From Cyanobacteriota bacterium (lineage in GTDB: Bacteria > Cyanobacteriota > Cyanobacteriia > Cyanobacteriales > Nostocaceae): a DNA stretch of 64,000 bases. Position numbers and translations under genes: made by a program. The notes beneath the pieces were generated by a model that saw only the letters and a program-made list of their open reading frames with translations, was not told the DNA's origin and made no database searches. Positions within the stretch are counted from its first letter, which is position 1; each line of letters begins with the position of its first letter. Shown here piece by piece: positions 1 through 9,618 of the stretch. Location of the stretch: assembly GCA_046045965.1 (NCBI GenBank), contig JBJOKS010000002.1:167138-231137 (forward strand), given 5' to 3'.

Positions 1-766
1 CGCTGTCTTAACTGGTGGTCTACTAATCACTGAAGATGCTGGTTTAAAACTAGATACTACCAAGCTGGATAGCCTGGGTAAAGCTCGCCGCATCACCATC
101 ACCAAGGACAGCACCACCATTGTTGCTGAAGGTAACGAAGCTGCTGTTAAGGCTCGTTGCGAACAAATCCGTCGTCAGATGGATGAAACCGAATCTTCCT
201 ATGACAAGGAAAAACTCCAAGAGCGTTTGGCTAAATTGTCTGGTGGTGTAGCTGTCGTTAAAGTTGGTGCAGCTACTGAAACCGAAATGAAGGACAAGAA
301 GCTGCGCTTGGAAGATGCTATCAACGCTACCAAGGCTGCTGTAGAAGAAGGTATTGTTCCCGGTGGTGGTACAACCTTAGCTCACCTCGCTCCTCAGTTG
401 GAAACTTGGGCTAACAGCAACTTGGCTAATGAAGAGTTGACTGGTGCTTTAATCGTTGCTCGTGCTTTACCTGCTCCTCTGAAGAGAATTGCAGAAAACG
501 CTGGTCAAAACGGCGCTGTAATTGCAGAAAGAGTGAAAGAGAAGGATTTCAATATTGGTTTCAACGCTTCTAGCAACGAGTTTGTTGATATGTTGACAGC
601 TGGTATTGTTGACCCTGCTAAGGTAACTCGTTCTGCTCTGCAAAATGCTGCTTCTATCGCAGGTATGGTGTTGACAACTGAATGTATTGTTGTTGATAAG
701 CCAGAACCTAAAGATGCTGCTCCTGCTGGTGGCGGTGGTATGGGTGGCGGAGATTTCGATTACTAA
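1..766 (+). CDS. groEL: Chaperonin GroEL, 3' part (gene starts upstream of the window)
   Basis: [34 protein letters not shown] and [15 protein letters not shown] motifs; GGM-type tail [12 protein letters not shown]; frame is open from the window start. Confidence 0.98.
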   Translation, partial: AVLTGGLLITEDAGLKLDTTKLDSLGKARRITITKDSTTIVAEGNEAAVKARCEQIRRQMDETESSYDKEKLQERLAKLSGGVAVVKVGAATETEMKDKKLRLEDAINATKAAVEEGIVPGGGTTLAHLAPQLETWANSNLANEELTGALIVARALPAPLKRIAENAGQNGAVIAERVKEKDFNIGFNASSNEFVDMLTAGIVDPAKVTRSALQNAASIAGMVLTTECIVVDKPEPKDAAPAGGGGMGGGDFDY

Positions 767-790
767 AATCTTTTCCTAGTTTGAATAATG

Positions 791-822
791 GCCGCTTCCG
801 CAAGGGGGCGGCTGTTTTTTTT
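791..822 (+). terminator. Rho-independent terminator of groEL
   Basis: Stem GCCGCTTCC / GGGGGCGGC with GCAA loop, then a T-run. Confidence 0.85.
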
Positions 823-823
823 G

Positions 824-849
824 CACGCAGAGGCGCAGAGGACGCAGAG
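824..849 (+). repeat. Small dispersed repeat, CGCAGAG/CACAGAG family
   Basis: CACGCAGAGGCGCAGAGGACGCAGAG; related copies near 6595-6660, 34341-34372, 34876-34900, 34920-34950, 36729-36760, 43172-43202 and 49887-49903. Confidence 0.85.
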
Positions 850-1137
850 GGGAGGAAAGAACCATATTTTAGTGGACTGTTTAAGTCTGGAGAAGCCATT
901 GATGGATTATAAACTTCTCCTTTGTAGGGTTGCCAAATATAACCAGAGCTAAATTCTTGGAAACCTGATTATGATATTTTTATTGATATAAATTTACAAT
1001 ATAATGTGTATAGTGCTAGTTTATATAATACAATTACGCAATTAGTATAATTATACATAAGTGATTTAGGTCACTTACAATCATTTATGTAATTGAATAT
1101 TATTAAATCAACTAATAAATATTTATTAATTTCAATT

Positions 1138-3135
1138 ATGGCTTTAATTCTTCCAGAGTCAATTTCATCAAATTCTAGCCAAGGTGAAATAACTTTATTT
1201 AATTTATTAAGTAAGCAATTACCAAATAGTTTTTATGTTTGGTATCAGCAAGTAATTGATGGTAAAAATATTGATTTTATTATTCTTGCTCCCAATTTCG
1301 GATTACTGCTAATTCAAGTTATTAATTACTATCCCAATCAAATTCTTGATGTAAACATAGATAATAAAACTATAGATTTTCCTAAAGTAAAACAAGTTCA
1401 AAATAAACCTCAACAACCTCACTATTTAGATATTCCAGGAAGAAAAACCCGTAAACGCTCGCAACCAGTTAAAAAAATATCTGAAATTAATCAATATTCT
1501 TGGTGGGAAGATCAGGATTTTTTACAATCCTTAATTACAAAATTGCAAGATTATCCAATTCTCAATCTTACAGATATTGATAATAACAATAAATTAGTTA
1601 TACCTGTGGCATATAGTGTAGTATTTTCTAATATTACTGAAGAACAAGGAATAAACAAAAATCTTCATAATTTACTTCCGAAATCTCAAGTAATATACAG
1701 AGATGAATTACTCTCATTAAATAACGATAGTGTCAGTTTACTTGATAGATTGAAACAGATATTTAATGAGACAAATAAATTTAATTTTCCTGATATCACT
1801 ACTGAACAAATTGATACTATCAAAGCTGTTTTATTTCCAGAAATAGCTATCAAACTTTTACCAGCATCTTCTCAGAGTGTTCCTGATGGTTTTTCCATTC
1901 CAGATGAAAGTTATGTGTTTAGAACCTTAGATCATCGTCAAGAAAGTATAGTTAGAAGTATAGGTGAAGGACACAGAATAATTTATGGTGTTGCAGGTTC
2001 TGGGAAAACTTTAATCCTGCTATCTCACGCTAAATTATTACTAAAAATTAACCCTGAACAAAAAATTTTAATTCTCTGTTATAATCGCAGTCTTGCTGCT
2101 TTCTTAAATTCCTTGCTTGTTCAAGATATAGATCAAAAAATATTTGGTATAAATATTAAAGTATTAACGTTTTATGCTTGGGTAAATTCTGAAGTTAGAA
2201 AAATACCTTTTCAGCCGGGTTTTTATACTGGTTTTTATGATCAGATTTTAGGGAGAATTTTGTTAGAAAAATTGTCTAAAATGAGAAATTTTCAGAAATA
2301 TGACGCGATTTTAATTGATGAAGCACAAACCTTTGATCCCAGTTGGTTTAAATGTTGTGTTGCTGCTTTAAAAGATCCTCATGATGGCGATTTAATGATT
2401 GTTGCAGATGGTGGACAATCTATTTATAAACGCCAAAATTTCACCTGGAAATCAGTAGGAGTTAAAGCAGTTGGTAGAACGATGAATAAAAAGTTTAATC
2501 TTGATAAAAACTATCGTAATACTCAAGAAATTTTAACTGCTGCTTGGAGTTTATTTCACAATCATCAAAATGTTGATATTCAGGAAATTTATGATGATGA
2601 AACTTTAGTATTTGATGTGATTAAACCGGAAAATGCTATGCGTCATGGTTCATCCCCTGTTCTACATATTAAAGAATCAGAAAAGGATGAATTAGAATCT
2701 GTAATTAGTTTAGTTCAAGAATTACAGAGAAATGGTTTATCTTTAAATGATATAGCAATAATATATAGGATAGCAGATGATGATAAAAATAAGTTGTTAA
2801 CTACATTAATTCAAAGGTTAACTAATTTAGGACTTGAAACTTATTGGATATCCAGAACTAGAGAAGCTGAGAAAAACTATAGTATCAAACAGTCAGGAAT
2901 CAAAATATTAAATTCTTTGAGCGCGCTTGGTTTAGAATTTAAAGCTGTGTTAATTCTTTGGGTTCAAGATTGGGATTTTAATATACCTGCAATTTCAGAA
3001 AATGATATTTTGGTCGGTAAAAGACTTTATGTAGCTATGACTCGCGCTCAAGATATATTACACATTTTTGGTTCTGGTAATTCGGCAGTAATTCAACAAT
3101 TGCAAAACATTGGAAATTTTATAGTTAAAAATTAG
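1138..3135 (+). CDS. NERD-like domain fused to a UvrD-like superfamily 1 helicase
   Basis: N-terminal IDFIILAPNFGLLLIQV (NERD-like); Walker A GVAGSGKT, Walker B IDEAQ, NYRNTQEI, GLEF and LYVAMTRA; ATG 1138 preferred over TTG 1093. Confidence 0.85.
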   Translation: MALILPESISSNSSQGEITLFNLLSKQLPNSFYVWYQQVIDGKNIDFIILAPNFGLLLIQVINYYPNQILDVNIDNKTIDFPKVKQVQNKPQQPHYLDIPGRKTRKRSQPVKKISEINQYSWWEDQDFLQSLITKLQDYPILNLTDIDNNNKLVIPVAYSVVFSNITEEQGINKNLHNLLPKSQVIYRDELLSLNNDSVSLLDRLKQIFNETNKFNFPDITTEQIDTIKAVLFPEIAIKLLPASSQSVPDGFSIPDESYVFRTLDHRQESIVRSIGEGHRIIYGVAGSGKTLILLSHAKLLLKINPEQKILILCYNRSLAAFLNSLLVQDIDQKIFGINIKVLTFYAWVNSEVRKIPFQPGFYTGFYDQILGRILLEKLSKMRNFQKYDAILIDEAQTFDPSWFKCCVAALKDPHDGDLMIVADGGQSIYKRQNFTWKSVGVKAVGRTMNKKFNLDKNYRNTQEILTAAWSLFHNHQNVDIQEIYDDETLVFDVIKPENAMRHGSSPVLHIKESEKDELESVISLVQELQRNGLSLNDIAIIYRIADDDKNKLLTTLIQRLTNLGLETYWISRTREAEKNYSIKQSGIKILNSLSALGLEFKAVLILWVQDWDFNIPAISENDILVGKRLYVAMTRAQDILHIFGSGNSAVIQQLQNIGNFIVKN

Positions 3136-3182
3136 GAATGGAAGAATTATAATATCTTAATTGTTGATATTTTAACATATTT

Positions 3183-3222
3183 TCTGAATCAGAATGTACA
3201 AGATTTCAGGATTTACAGGATG
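3183..3222 (+). repeat. Small dispersed repeat, TCTGAATCAGGAT family
   Basis: TCTGAATCAGAATGTACAAGATTTCAGGATTTACAGGATG; reverse-strand relatives at 33947-33994 and 34977-35019. Confidence 0.75.
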
Positions 3223-3311
3223 TTGAATTTATTAACTACTACAAAGTTCTTAGAATCTGTTTTAAAAGACTTTTACTATTTAAACTGGGAATTAATTCCC
3301 AGTCTTACTAA

Positions 3312-5120
3312 TTATTCATTACAAGACTGTTCCAATTTCAGCTTTTTCTCAACAGTTTGTTCTTCCCCTGGTGGAACAGTACGCTCATCCATAAAGTAAA
3401 CATCTAATTTCTTTAATTTTTCACTACCTTGATGTTGAGTATTCCAAGCACGACAGAGATATTTTCCATAAAAAGGATAAAGCTTTTTACCAATGGCTCG
3501 GTTAAGATTGATAAAATAAGTGCGCCATTGCATATTGCGATAAATTTCACTTCTGACACTCAAACTAGGTTTATCCCAATTAACAGCATTTCCATCTCGA
3601 AAAATATCAACCTCATTACCATTTTCCAGATTACCAGGAATAACGTGCCATCCATCATCTCTGGGTGGACCAGGTGCAAAAATACTCCATGATTGATCAA
3701 GTCTTGTTATTCGTCCCATAACTTCAGTTCTGTGCCATATTTTGCGTTTAAATAAATCAGGAGAATAACTTTGAATATTCCAAAGAGTAGCATAAATTAA
3801 ACATACTAAAGCCAGAATAGTTAAAGTTTTAGATTTACGAATTTCCAAAGGACGGAATTTAAAAGGTTTGGTGAAATTACCAGCAAATTTGCGATTATTA
3901 GCTACTGCTTCATAAAATTTTGTCCCCCCTGCCATCACTGGTTTCCAATTTAATAACGGCACTAAAAACCTAAATATCGGCGACAAACTCACCACATAAA
4001 CAATACCTTTAAACTTAAAATATCGGTTTCCTTGATAATCTTCAATTACCCAAGAATTATGAGTCTGCATATCAGCATACGCATTAGGATAATCCTGCGC
4101 CATTAATAACGGTGTTCCGGGTAAAATCAATAGTGTTCTGAGGATATGCACTACCTTTTTACAGAAACCACAATCAGCATCAAAATAAATTACTAACCCC
4201 TGACGTGCTGGTGTTTGTAAACGCTTTTCCAAACCATTCCAAAACTCACTAGGGAGAAAAGCTAACCAACTAAATGAACTCAAAAATGGGAAAATTCCGA
4301 TATTCAAAGTTAACCCAAATCCGACATGGAGACCGATAAAAGTCAAAACTGCACCTAACCGAAATAAACTATTCCGCCAAGGAATAAATATAGCTAAAGG
4401 TCCAACCCATTCCAGAACTAAAGTAATTTTAGTAAAAATATTTAAAATTGGTTTAAAATTGAGAATAAAAAGACCAAATGGTGTAACATATTGATCATAA
4501 CTCAGAGCATAATAAACTGCACTTCCATCAAGCCATACAGGGCTTTTACTTTTAATTGCGGCGGAGAAAATATAGATAAAACACTGTTGACACATCAGTG
4601 CAAAAGTAGCACCAGAGGCAAATGTTTCTGGTAATTTGCGTTGAGAAGTATTCAATGCACTATCAAAAGAATAACGAGCGCCCCAAGGTAGAAACATTGC
4701 CCAAAACATAAGAGCGCGTAAAACATCATCCGCTGCAAAAATCAAAGCTGGATTTCTATTGTGCATGGATATTAATAATATCCAAGAAGCAATAGTAGCA
4801 ATTCTAGTCCGATAACCAACTAACATTTGCAATGCGAAAAACGCTGCAAGTGCAAATAATAAAACTTGAAAAATTGGTTCTCCGCTGATAGCGTGTAAAG
4901 ACCAATGTCCAGTTTTAGCTATTTCCTTGAGTAAAGCACGGGGAAGTACACCGACATCTGTATAATGGGCGGTTAAATCACCAAAACGAGTAAATAAATC
5001 GACGAGAATGATGATGGAAACACCGATACGAAAAGCAGCGAGCGATCGCAAATCTAGTCCTAAAACTGTTTCTAGATTTTTTCTCCAGGATGTTTTTGAT
5101 GTTTCTTGTTGAGTAACCAT
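3312..5120 (-). CDS. HTTM-domain membrane protein with an inserted DCC1-like thiol-disulfide domain
   Basis: DLRSLAAFRI start, many TM segments, HNRNP, YFDADCGFC (DxxCxxC) and DQSWSIFAP. Confidence 0.8.
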   Translation of the reverse strand: MVTQQETSKTSWRKNLETVLGLDLRSLAAFRIGVSIIILVDLFTRFGDLTAHYTDVGVLPRALLKEIAKTGHWSLHAISGEPIFQVLLFALAAFFALQMLVGYRTRIATIASWILLISMHNRNPALIFAADDVLRALMFWAMFLPWGARYSFDSALNTSQRKLPETFASGATFALMCQQCFIYIFSAAIKSKSPVWLDGSAVYYALSYDQYVTPFGLFILNFKPILNIFTKITLVLEWVGPLAIFIPWRNSLFRLGAVLTFIGLHVGFGLTLNIGIFPFLSSFSWLAFLPSEFWNGLEKRLQTPARQGLVIYFDADCGFCKKVVHILRTLLILPGTPLLMAQDYPNAYADMQTHNSWVIEDYQGNRYFKFKGIVYVVSLSPIFRFLVPLLNWKPVMAGGTKFYEAVANNRKFAGNFTKPFKFRPLEIRKSKTLTILALVCLIYATLWNIQSYSPDLFKRKIWHRTEVMGRITRLDQSWSIFAPGPPRDDGWHVIPGNLENGNEVDIFRDGNAVNWDKPSLSVRSEIYRNMQWRTYFINLNRAIGKKLYPFYGKYLCRAWNTQHQGSEKLKKLDVYFMDERTVPPGEEQTVEKKLKLEQSCNE

Positions 5121-5292
5121 ATATTTTTTTAATTAACCACGTTAGCGAAGCTTTCCGTAAGGATAGACACGAAGAAACGAAGGAAGAAGAAAGAAGAAAG
5201 GAGAAAGAAGAAGAAAGAAGAAATGAAGGATGAGAAAATATTAATGTTGGAATTGATAAAATACTAAAATCTATCAAAAATTTAGGTTTTTT

Positions 5293-5317
5293 ACTCCTGA
5301 CTCCTGACTCCTGACTC
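5293..5317 (+). repeat. Heptamer tandem repeat (ACTCCTG)n
   Basis: actcctgactcctgactcctgactcc directly after the oxidoreductase stop. Confidence 0.9.
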
Positions 5318-6553
5318 CTATTTTTTAATTCCTCCAAATATCCATCTTTTAGCCACCTGAAGTTGATGTTTAAGAGTTGGTAACCGTTGAATATAAACTC
5401 CTCTGCGAATGATGCCAGCTAGATTACCATTTAAGGTGATGCCAAAGCTAAAAACTACAGCATTCTTAATACCCAAAGTTAACATTTCTCCTAAATATAA
5501 GTAGCTAAATGATTTTAAGCGACGACCTGTAATTTTTGCCCATATATTACGCGCTGCACAGGGTGCTTGTTGAAATGCTGCTTGCGCTGTAGCGGGAGAT
5601 TTGTTACCTTTAATATCTCTAATTTCTGCCAAGTCTCCTAATACAAATACGTTGGTATATTCTGCTAGTTGTAAAGTGGGAGTTGCTATTAATTGTCCTT
5701 GTTGATTATGTTGACAATTTAACTCTTTTACCCATTGAATTGATTGATTTCCTCCTGTCCATAATACTAAATCTGTCTGTAATTGCTGAGTTTTACCTTG
5801 ATGATTAATTATAATTGCATCAGATTGAATTGCTTCAATATTAGTATTTAAATCTATCTGCACACCACGTTTTAATAAAGCTCTATATGATGCAGTTCGA
5901 CAACCTTTAGGGAAAGTTTTCAGAATTTCATCTCCTCGATCAATTAAGCGAATTTCTCCCCGTTTTTTTAATCTATCTGCTAATTTACAAGCGATTTCCA
6001 CACCATTTGGACCAGCACCAGCTATAGATATTTTAATGATTGGAATATTAGATGCTTCTAAAACCCGTAACCGTTCCTTTAAAGATTCAGCATCTTCTAA
6101 ACTTCTAAAAGTTTGAGCGTATGCTGCTGCTCCTGGAACTATATCTAACCGCGTTTCTTTGCCAACAGCTAACACTAAAAAATCGTAATTTACCAGAGTT
6201 CCATTTTCCAAAGTTACCAAATTTTGCTCTAAATCAACTCCTTGAATTTCTGCTTGATAAAATTTAACATTACTACCTGCTAACAACTTTTTATAAGTGG
6301 GTGCAACTTCCCAATTAAGTAACTCTCCCGTCACCACTTCATAAAGTAAAGGAGTAAATAAAAAATGATCCCGTTTTTCAATCAAGATAATCTCATAATT
6401 AGGTTGAGAGATGAGAGGAATTTTTATTAATTCCAAAGCCGTATACAACCCACCAAAACCACCACCCAAAATACAAATCCGTACCGGATCATTAGTGATA
6501 TTCTGGTTTTTTAGAGTTACGTTTTTAATAAACTTATTGCTGATATGAGACAT
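5318..6553 (-). CDS. NAD(P)/FAD-dependent oxidoreductase, type-2 NADH dehydrogenase family
   Basis: ILGGGFGG, FLFTPLLYE, second Rossmann motif IAGAGPNGVE, VFVLGD and ATAQAAFQQ. Confidence 0.88.
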   Translation of the reverse strand: MSHISNKFIKNVTLKNQNITNDPVRICILGGGFGGLYTALELIKIPLISQPNYEIILIEKRDHFLFTPLLYEVVTGELLNWEVAPTYKKLLAGSNVKFYQAEIQGVDLEQNLVTLENGTLVNYDFLVLAVGKETRLDIVPGAAAYAQTFRSLEDAESLKERLRVLEASNIPIIKISIAGAGPNGVEIACKLADRLKKRGEIRLIDRGDEILKTFPKGCRTASYRALLKRGVQIDLNTNIEAIQSDAIIINHQGKTQQLQTDLVLWTGGNQSIQWVKELNCQHNQQGQLIATPTLQLAEYTNVFVLGDLAEIRDIKGNKSPATAQAAFQQAPCAARNIWAKITGRRLKSFSYLYLGEMLTLGIKNAVVFSFGITLNGNLAGIIRRGVYIQRLPTLKHQLQVAKRWIFGGIKK

Positions 6554-6667
6554 AATTTATAATTCATGATTTATACTTTTCCCCTTTCTTCCTTTCTTCC
6601 TTTGCCTCTTTGCTCCTTTGCGACTACCCTACGGGATCTCCTGACGGAGATTGCGCGAAATAAAAAA

Positions 6668-7594
6668 TTAATTAATATTTATAGCCTTAAACTGCTCAAC
6701 CAATTCACTCGTGCGAGTGCGACGGCCATCAGGATTCAGATGATAATGGGTATCAGCAAACAAACTAGAATCAGTCTTCACATTTAAAGTTTCTTTGTCA
6801 TAAAGTACCGGGGCAATTTTTTCTAACTCTGCTGCTGTTTTACGAATATTATTGAGAGTTTTATCATCAGTGCTACCATAAATCCAAGAAAGTCCTAATA
6901 CTAAAGTTGCTCCCTTACTTTCAACTTCCTGCTTAAATTGTTCAATTCGTCGCAAAGAATGAGGAGAAACAGCATCATTGATTGTCAATTTCCACCATTT
7001 ACTCTTACCCCTTTCTTTCATGACTGTAGGATCACCGTTAGCTGTTACAGGGTCAGAATAATAACCGGTTAAACGACCTTTCTGCACCACATCTAAAGAT
7101 GATTTAGTGGCGGCTTTTAAGGTGGGAATACCTAATAACATTAAATCTTGAGCGAGTTGTTTGGGGGGTACATTTCCTAAACCGGGTTTACCAATAGCTG
7201 CACCAAATTGACCAGAGCGATCGCCAAAACCGTCATCATCTAACAACAATAAATATTCAGGAATAAGTAAAACAATATCGCCTTTTTTGATCACATCAGA
7301 AACACTAGGCAAAATCACATCTAAACCAATGGGTCCATCAGTAGCTATGTTAATAGTAGGGATGCCTAATGTCTCTTGCATCAATTTAGCATCGACGGTG
7401 TAATGAGCGCCAGAACCACCGACAATGAGAATACGCTGGGGTGTTTGTACTTCTTTAGCAATAGCCATTTTCTGCTCATACAACATTCGCACCCAGCTAA
7501 GTTCACCACCATAACGAGCGTTGTAAAAATAACCAACACTCCAAGTTAAACCAGCGATCGCAAACCAACTAGAAAGTTTTAAAAACTTGTTCAT
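6668..7594 (-). CDS. Membrane-anchored extracytoplasmic SGNH-like (DltD/AlgJ-like) acyl-transfer protein
   Basis: N-terminal TM, ILIVGGSGAH (block-I Ser), C-terminal FADTHYHLN (Asp/His); lies directly downstream of an MBOAT gene. Confidence 0.62.
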   Translation of the reverse strand: MNKFLKLSSWFAIAGLTWSVGYFYNARYGGELSWVRMLYEQKMAIAKEVQTPQRILIVGGSGAHYTVDAKLMQETLGIPTINIATDGPIGLDVILPSVSDVIKKGDIVLLIPEYLLLLDDDGFGDRSGQFGAAIGKPGLGNVPPKQLAQDLMLLGIPTLKAATKSSLDVVQKGRLTGYYSDPVTANGDPTVMKERGKSKWWKLTINDAVSPHSLRRIEQFKQEVESKGATLVLGLSWIYGSTDDKTLNNIRKTAAELEKIAPVLYDKETLNVKTDSSLFADTHYHLNPDGRRTRTSELVEQFKAININ

Positions 7595-7597
7595 AAA

Positions 7598-7627
7598 AGG
7601 GAACAGGGAACAGGGAACAGGGAACAG
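7598..7627 (+). repeat. Heptamer tandem repeat (GGGAACA)n
   Basis: Four copies between the MBOAT and SGNH-like genes. Confidence 0.9.
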
Positions 7628-7653
7628 TTAAGAGTCTTAACTGATAACTAAAT

Positions 7654-9117
7654 CTAAAATTCAAAGTAAATAAACGGAGAAGGTGCATTAGCAGCAAACA
7701 AAATAGTTAGCACTAATAAAATTCTCGACATCCATGGCGAAACTAATAAATCATATTCTGTTTCACCTTGTCGCCAAACTCCAATTTGTTCCATCAATAA
7801 TAGTCCTATTGATAAAAACAAAGTGAATAATAAAGCCGCTGCTCCATTCTCATTAAAAAATGTCAAAGCTTCACCTAAATTAGATAAAGAATAGTTCCAA
7901 GGAGTGATCAAAACTAACAGCTTTGCCAGCAAGCGTCTTGTGTTTGTTTCCATAAAAAACAAACATCCCAAAATCACAGAACCAAAAGTTAAAGCCCAGG
8001 AAATAAACTGCGGCATTAAAAACTTTTGTTGTCCCAAAAATTTATAAAATGGTCGTCCAGCATAGCGCAATACTAACAGTAATAAACCGTGATAAGCTCC
8101 CCACAAAATAAAATTCCAGGCTGCTCCATGCCAAAAACCAGATAGGGTAAATGTAATAAAAAGATAAAATGGAGCATACTTCATATTTTTGCCCATCAAA
8201 GGCAGAAACACATAGTCTCTAAACCACGTACTCAGAGTAACGTGCCATCTACGCCAAAATTCGTTAATGCTTTGGGAAGTATAGGGAGCAAGAAAGTTAA
8301 GGGTTAATTTAACACCTAAAAATTTTCCTAACCCTACGGCAATAAAACTATATCCGCCAAAATCAAAATAAATTTGTAATGTAAATAAAAAGGCAAAAAA
8401 CCAAACTAACCAAGGATTATCAACTTGATCTAATTTGATGTAAGGTGAAATATTATCTGCCAGGACAAACTTCATAAATAGTCCTAGAGATAACCACCGA
8501 AACCCAGATTCAAAGTTATCATAAGTTAACTTAAATCTAAAGTTTTCAATTTGCGGAAATAGGTCTGCTCGTCGTTCAATTGGACCTGCTACAACTTGGG
8601 GAAAAAATGCCACAAAGTTGACGTAATCTAAAGCAGCGATGGGTTGTTTCTTTTTACTGTTGTAGGAGTCAACGACAAAGGCTACCATTTGAAATGTATA
8701 AAAAGACAAACCTGGGGGAATTGAACCCATACCAGGAATAGATTTTGATTGCCAATTTTCTGCTAACCCTGGAACTACTAAACCTAAAACATCTTCAACA
8801 AAGAAGTTGAGATATTTGAAATAAGCCAGAATCGCAATATCAATTACTACTACAATCGTTGCTATTAACTTAGCTTGTGCTTTTTCCTGTTTCAACATCA
8901 ACCACACCATGATGTAGTTGAAAATGATTTCACACAAAAAGATGGCAAAACTTGTTTTGGATGCGTTGAGAAACAAAAACAACGACATCGCTACCAAGCC
9001 CACCGCGTCAAAAACACCTTTCCACAGGTTTAAAGACTTGGCAACATAGCGGACTGTAAAGTAAGGGATGGCAAATAATAGCAGCACCCACCAAAACGAA
9101 AACTCCGAAAAATTCAA
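7654..9117 (-). CDS. MBOAT family O-acyltransferase (DltB/AlgI-like)
   Basis: PPGLSFYTFQ, FFPQVVAGPI, QIYFDFGGYS, EFWRRWHVTLS, catalytic SGFWHGA and C-terminal FIYFEF; TTG start. Confidence 0.95.
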   Translation of the reverse strand: MNFSEFSFWWVLLLFAIPYFTVRYVAKSLNLWKGVFDAVGLVAMSLFLFLNASKTSFAIFLCEIIFNYIMVWLMLKQEKAQAKLIATIVVVIDIAILAYFKYLNFFVEDVLGLVVPGLAENWQSKSIPGMGSIPPGLSFYTFQMVAFVVDSYNSKKKQPIAALDYVNFVAFFPQVVAGPIERRADLFPQIENFRFKLTYDNFESGFRWLSLGLFMKFVLADNISPYIKLDQVDNPWLVWFFAFLFTLQIYFDFGGYSFIAVGLGKFLGVKLTLNFLAPYTSQSINEFWRRWHVTLSTWFRDYVFLPLMGKNMKYAPFYLFITFTLSGFWHGAAWNFILWGAYHGLLLLVLRYAGRPFYKFLGQQKFLMPQFISWALTFGSVILGCLFFMETNTRRLLAKLLVLITPWNYSLSNLGEALTFFNENGAAALLFTLFLSIGLLLMEQIGVWRQGETEYDLLVSPWMSRILLVLTILFAANAPSPFIYFEF

Positions 9118-9157
9118 TTCACCACGCCTCCGACCTGTGAAAATACTGGGGACCCTT

Positions 9158-9247
9158 GACTGGGGACTGGGGACTGGGGACTGGAGACTGGGGAAGATAA
9201 GATATTGCTTTTTTCCTCCTGCCTCCTGCCTCCTGCCTCCTGCCTCC
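9158..9247 (+). repeat. Two heptamer tandem blocks, (GACTGGG)n (STRR1-type) and (CCTCCTG)n
   Basis: Directly visible between the ACP and MBOAT genes. Confidence 0.9.
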
Positions 9248-9257
9248 TATCACCATA

Positions 9258-9614
9258 TCAACTACCGCTAATTTTGTTCCAAAGACCACCCCAACCTTTA
9301 CCGGCAGGTGCTTCTGCTTGAGGTTTGCTAGTAGCTGCTACTGGTTGAGGAGTGGTTGTTTCTTCAGGAGACACACCCGCTTCTTCAACTAAATATTTAG
9401 CAGCTTTTTCAATAGTTGGATAGTCCCAAAGTAAGGTGGAAGGAAGTTCTGCACCTAACCAGTCTTCCATATCACCAACAATGGTTACAGAGTCAATAGA
9501 ATCTAAACCATAGCGGGTTAAAGGTTCAGTGACTTTGATGGTTTCAGAACTGATGTTTAGTTGTTTAGAAATTTGGTTAACTAACCATCCTTGAATAGCA
9601 TCAATAGAGTTCAT
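9258..9614 (-). CDS. Stand-alone acyl carrier protein with a C-terminal extension
   Basis: YGLDSIDS phosphopantetheine motif and LLWDYPTIE; ATG 9614 lies just after the ACAD stop (9619). Confidence 0.92.
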   Translation of the reverse strand: MNSIDAIQGWLVNQISKQLNISSETIKVTEPLTRYGLDSIDSVTIVGDMEDWLGAELPSTLLWDYPTIEKAAKYLVEEAGVSPEETTTPQPVAATSKPQAEAPAGKGWGGLWNKISGS

Positions 9615-9618
9615 AGTA

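Noticed and set aside
4978..5337. Short ORFs made of repeats or antisense to real genes (e.g. 4978-5337, 9068-9271, 13621-13818, 28447-28668, 34974-35168, 55053-55253 and those inside 57777-60194)
   Set aside because: They translate STRR/MITE sequence or shadow well-supported genes; no independent coding evidence
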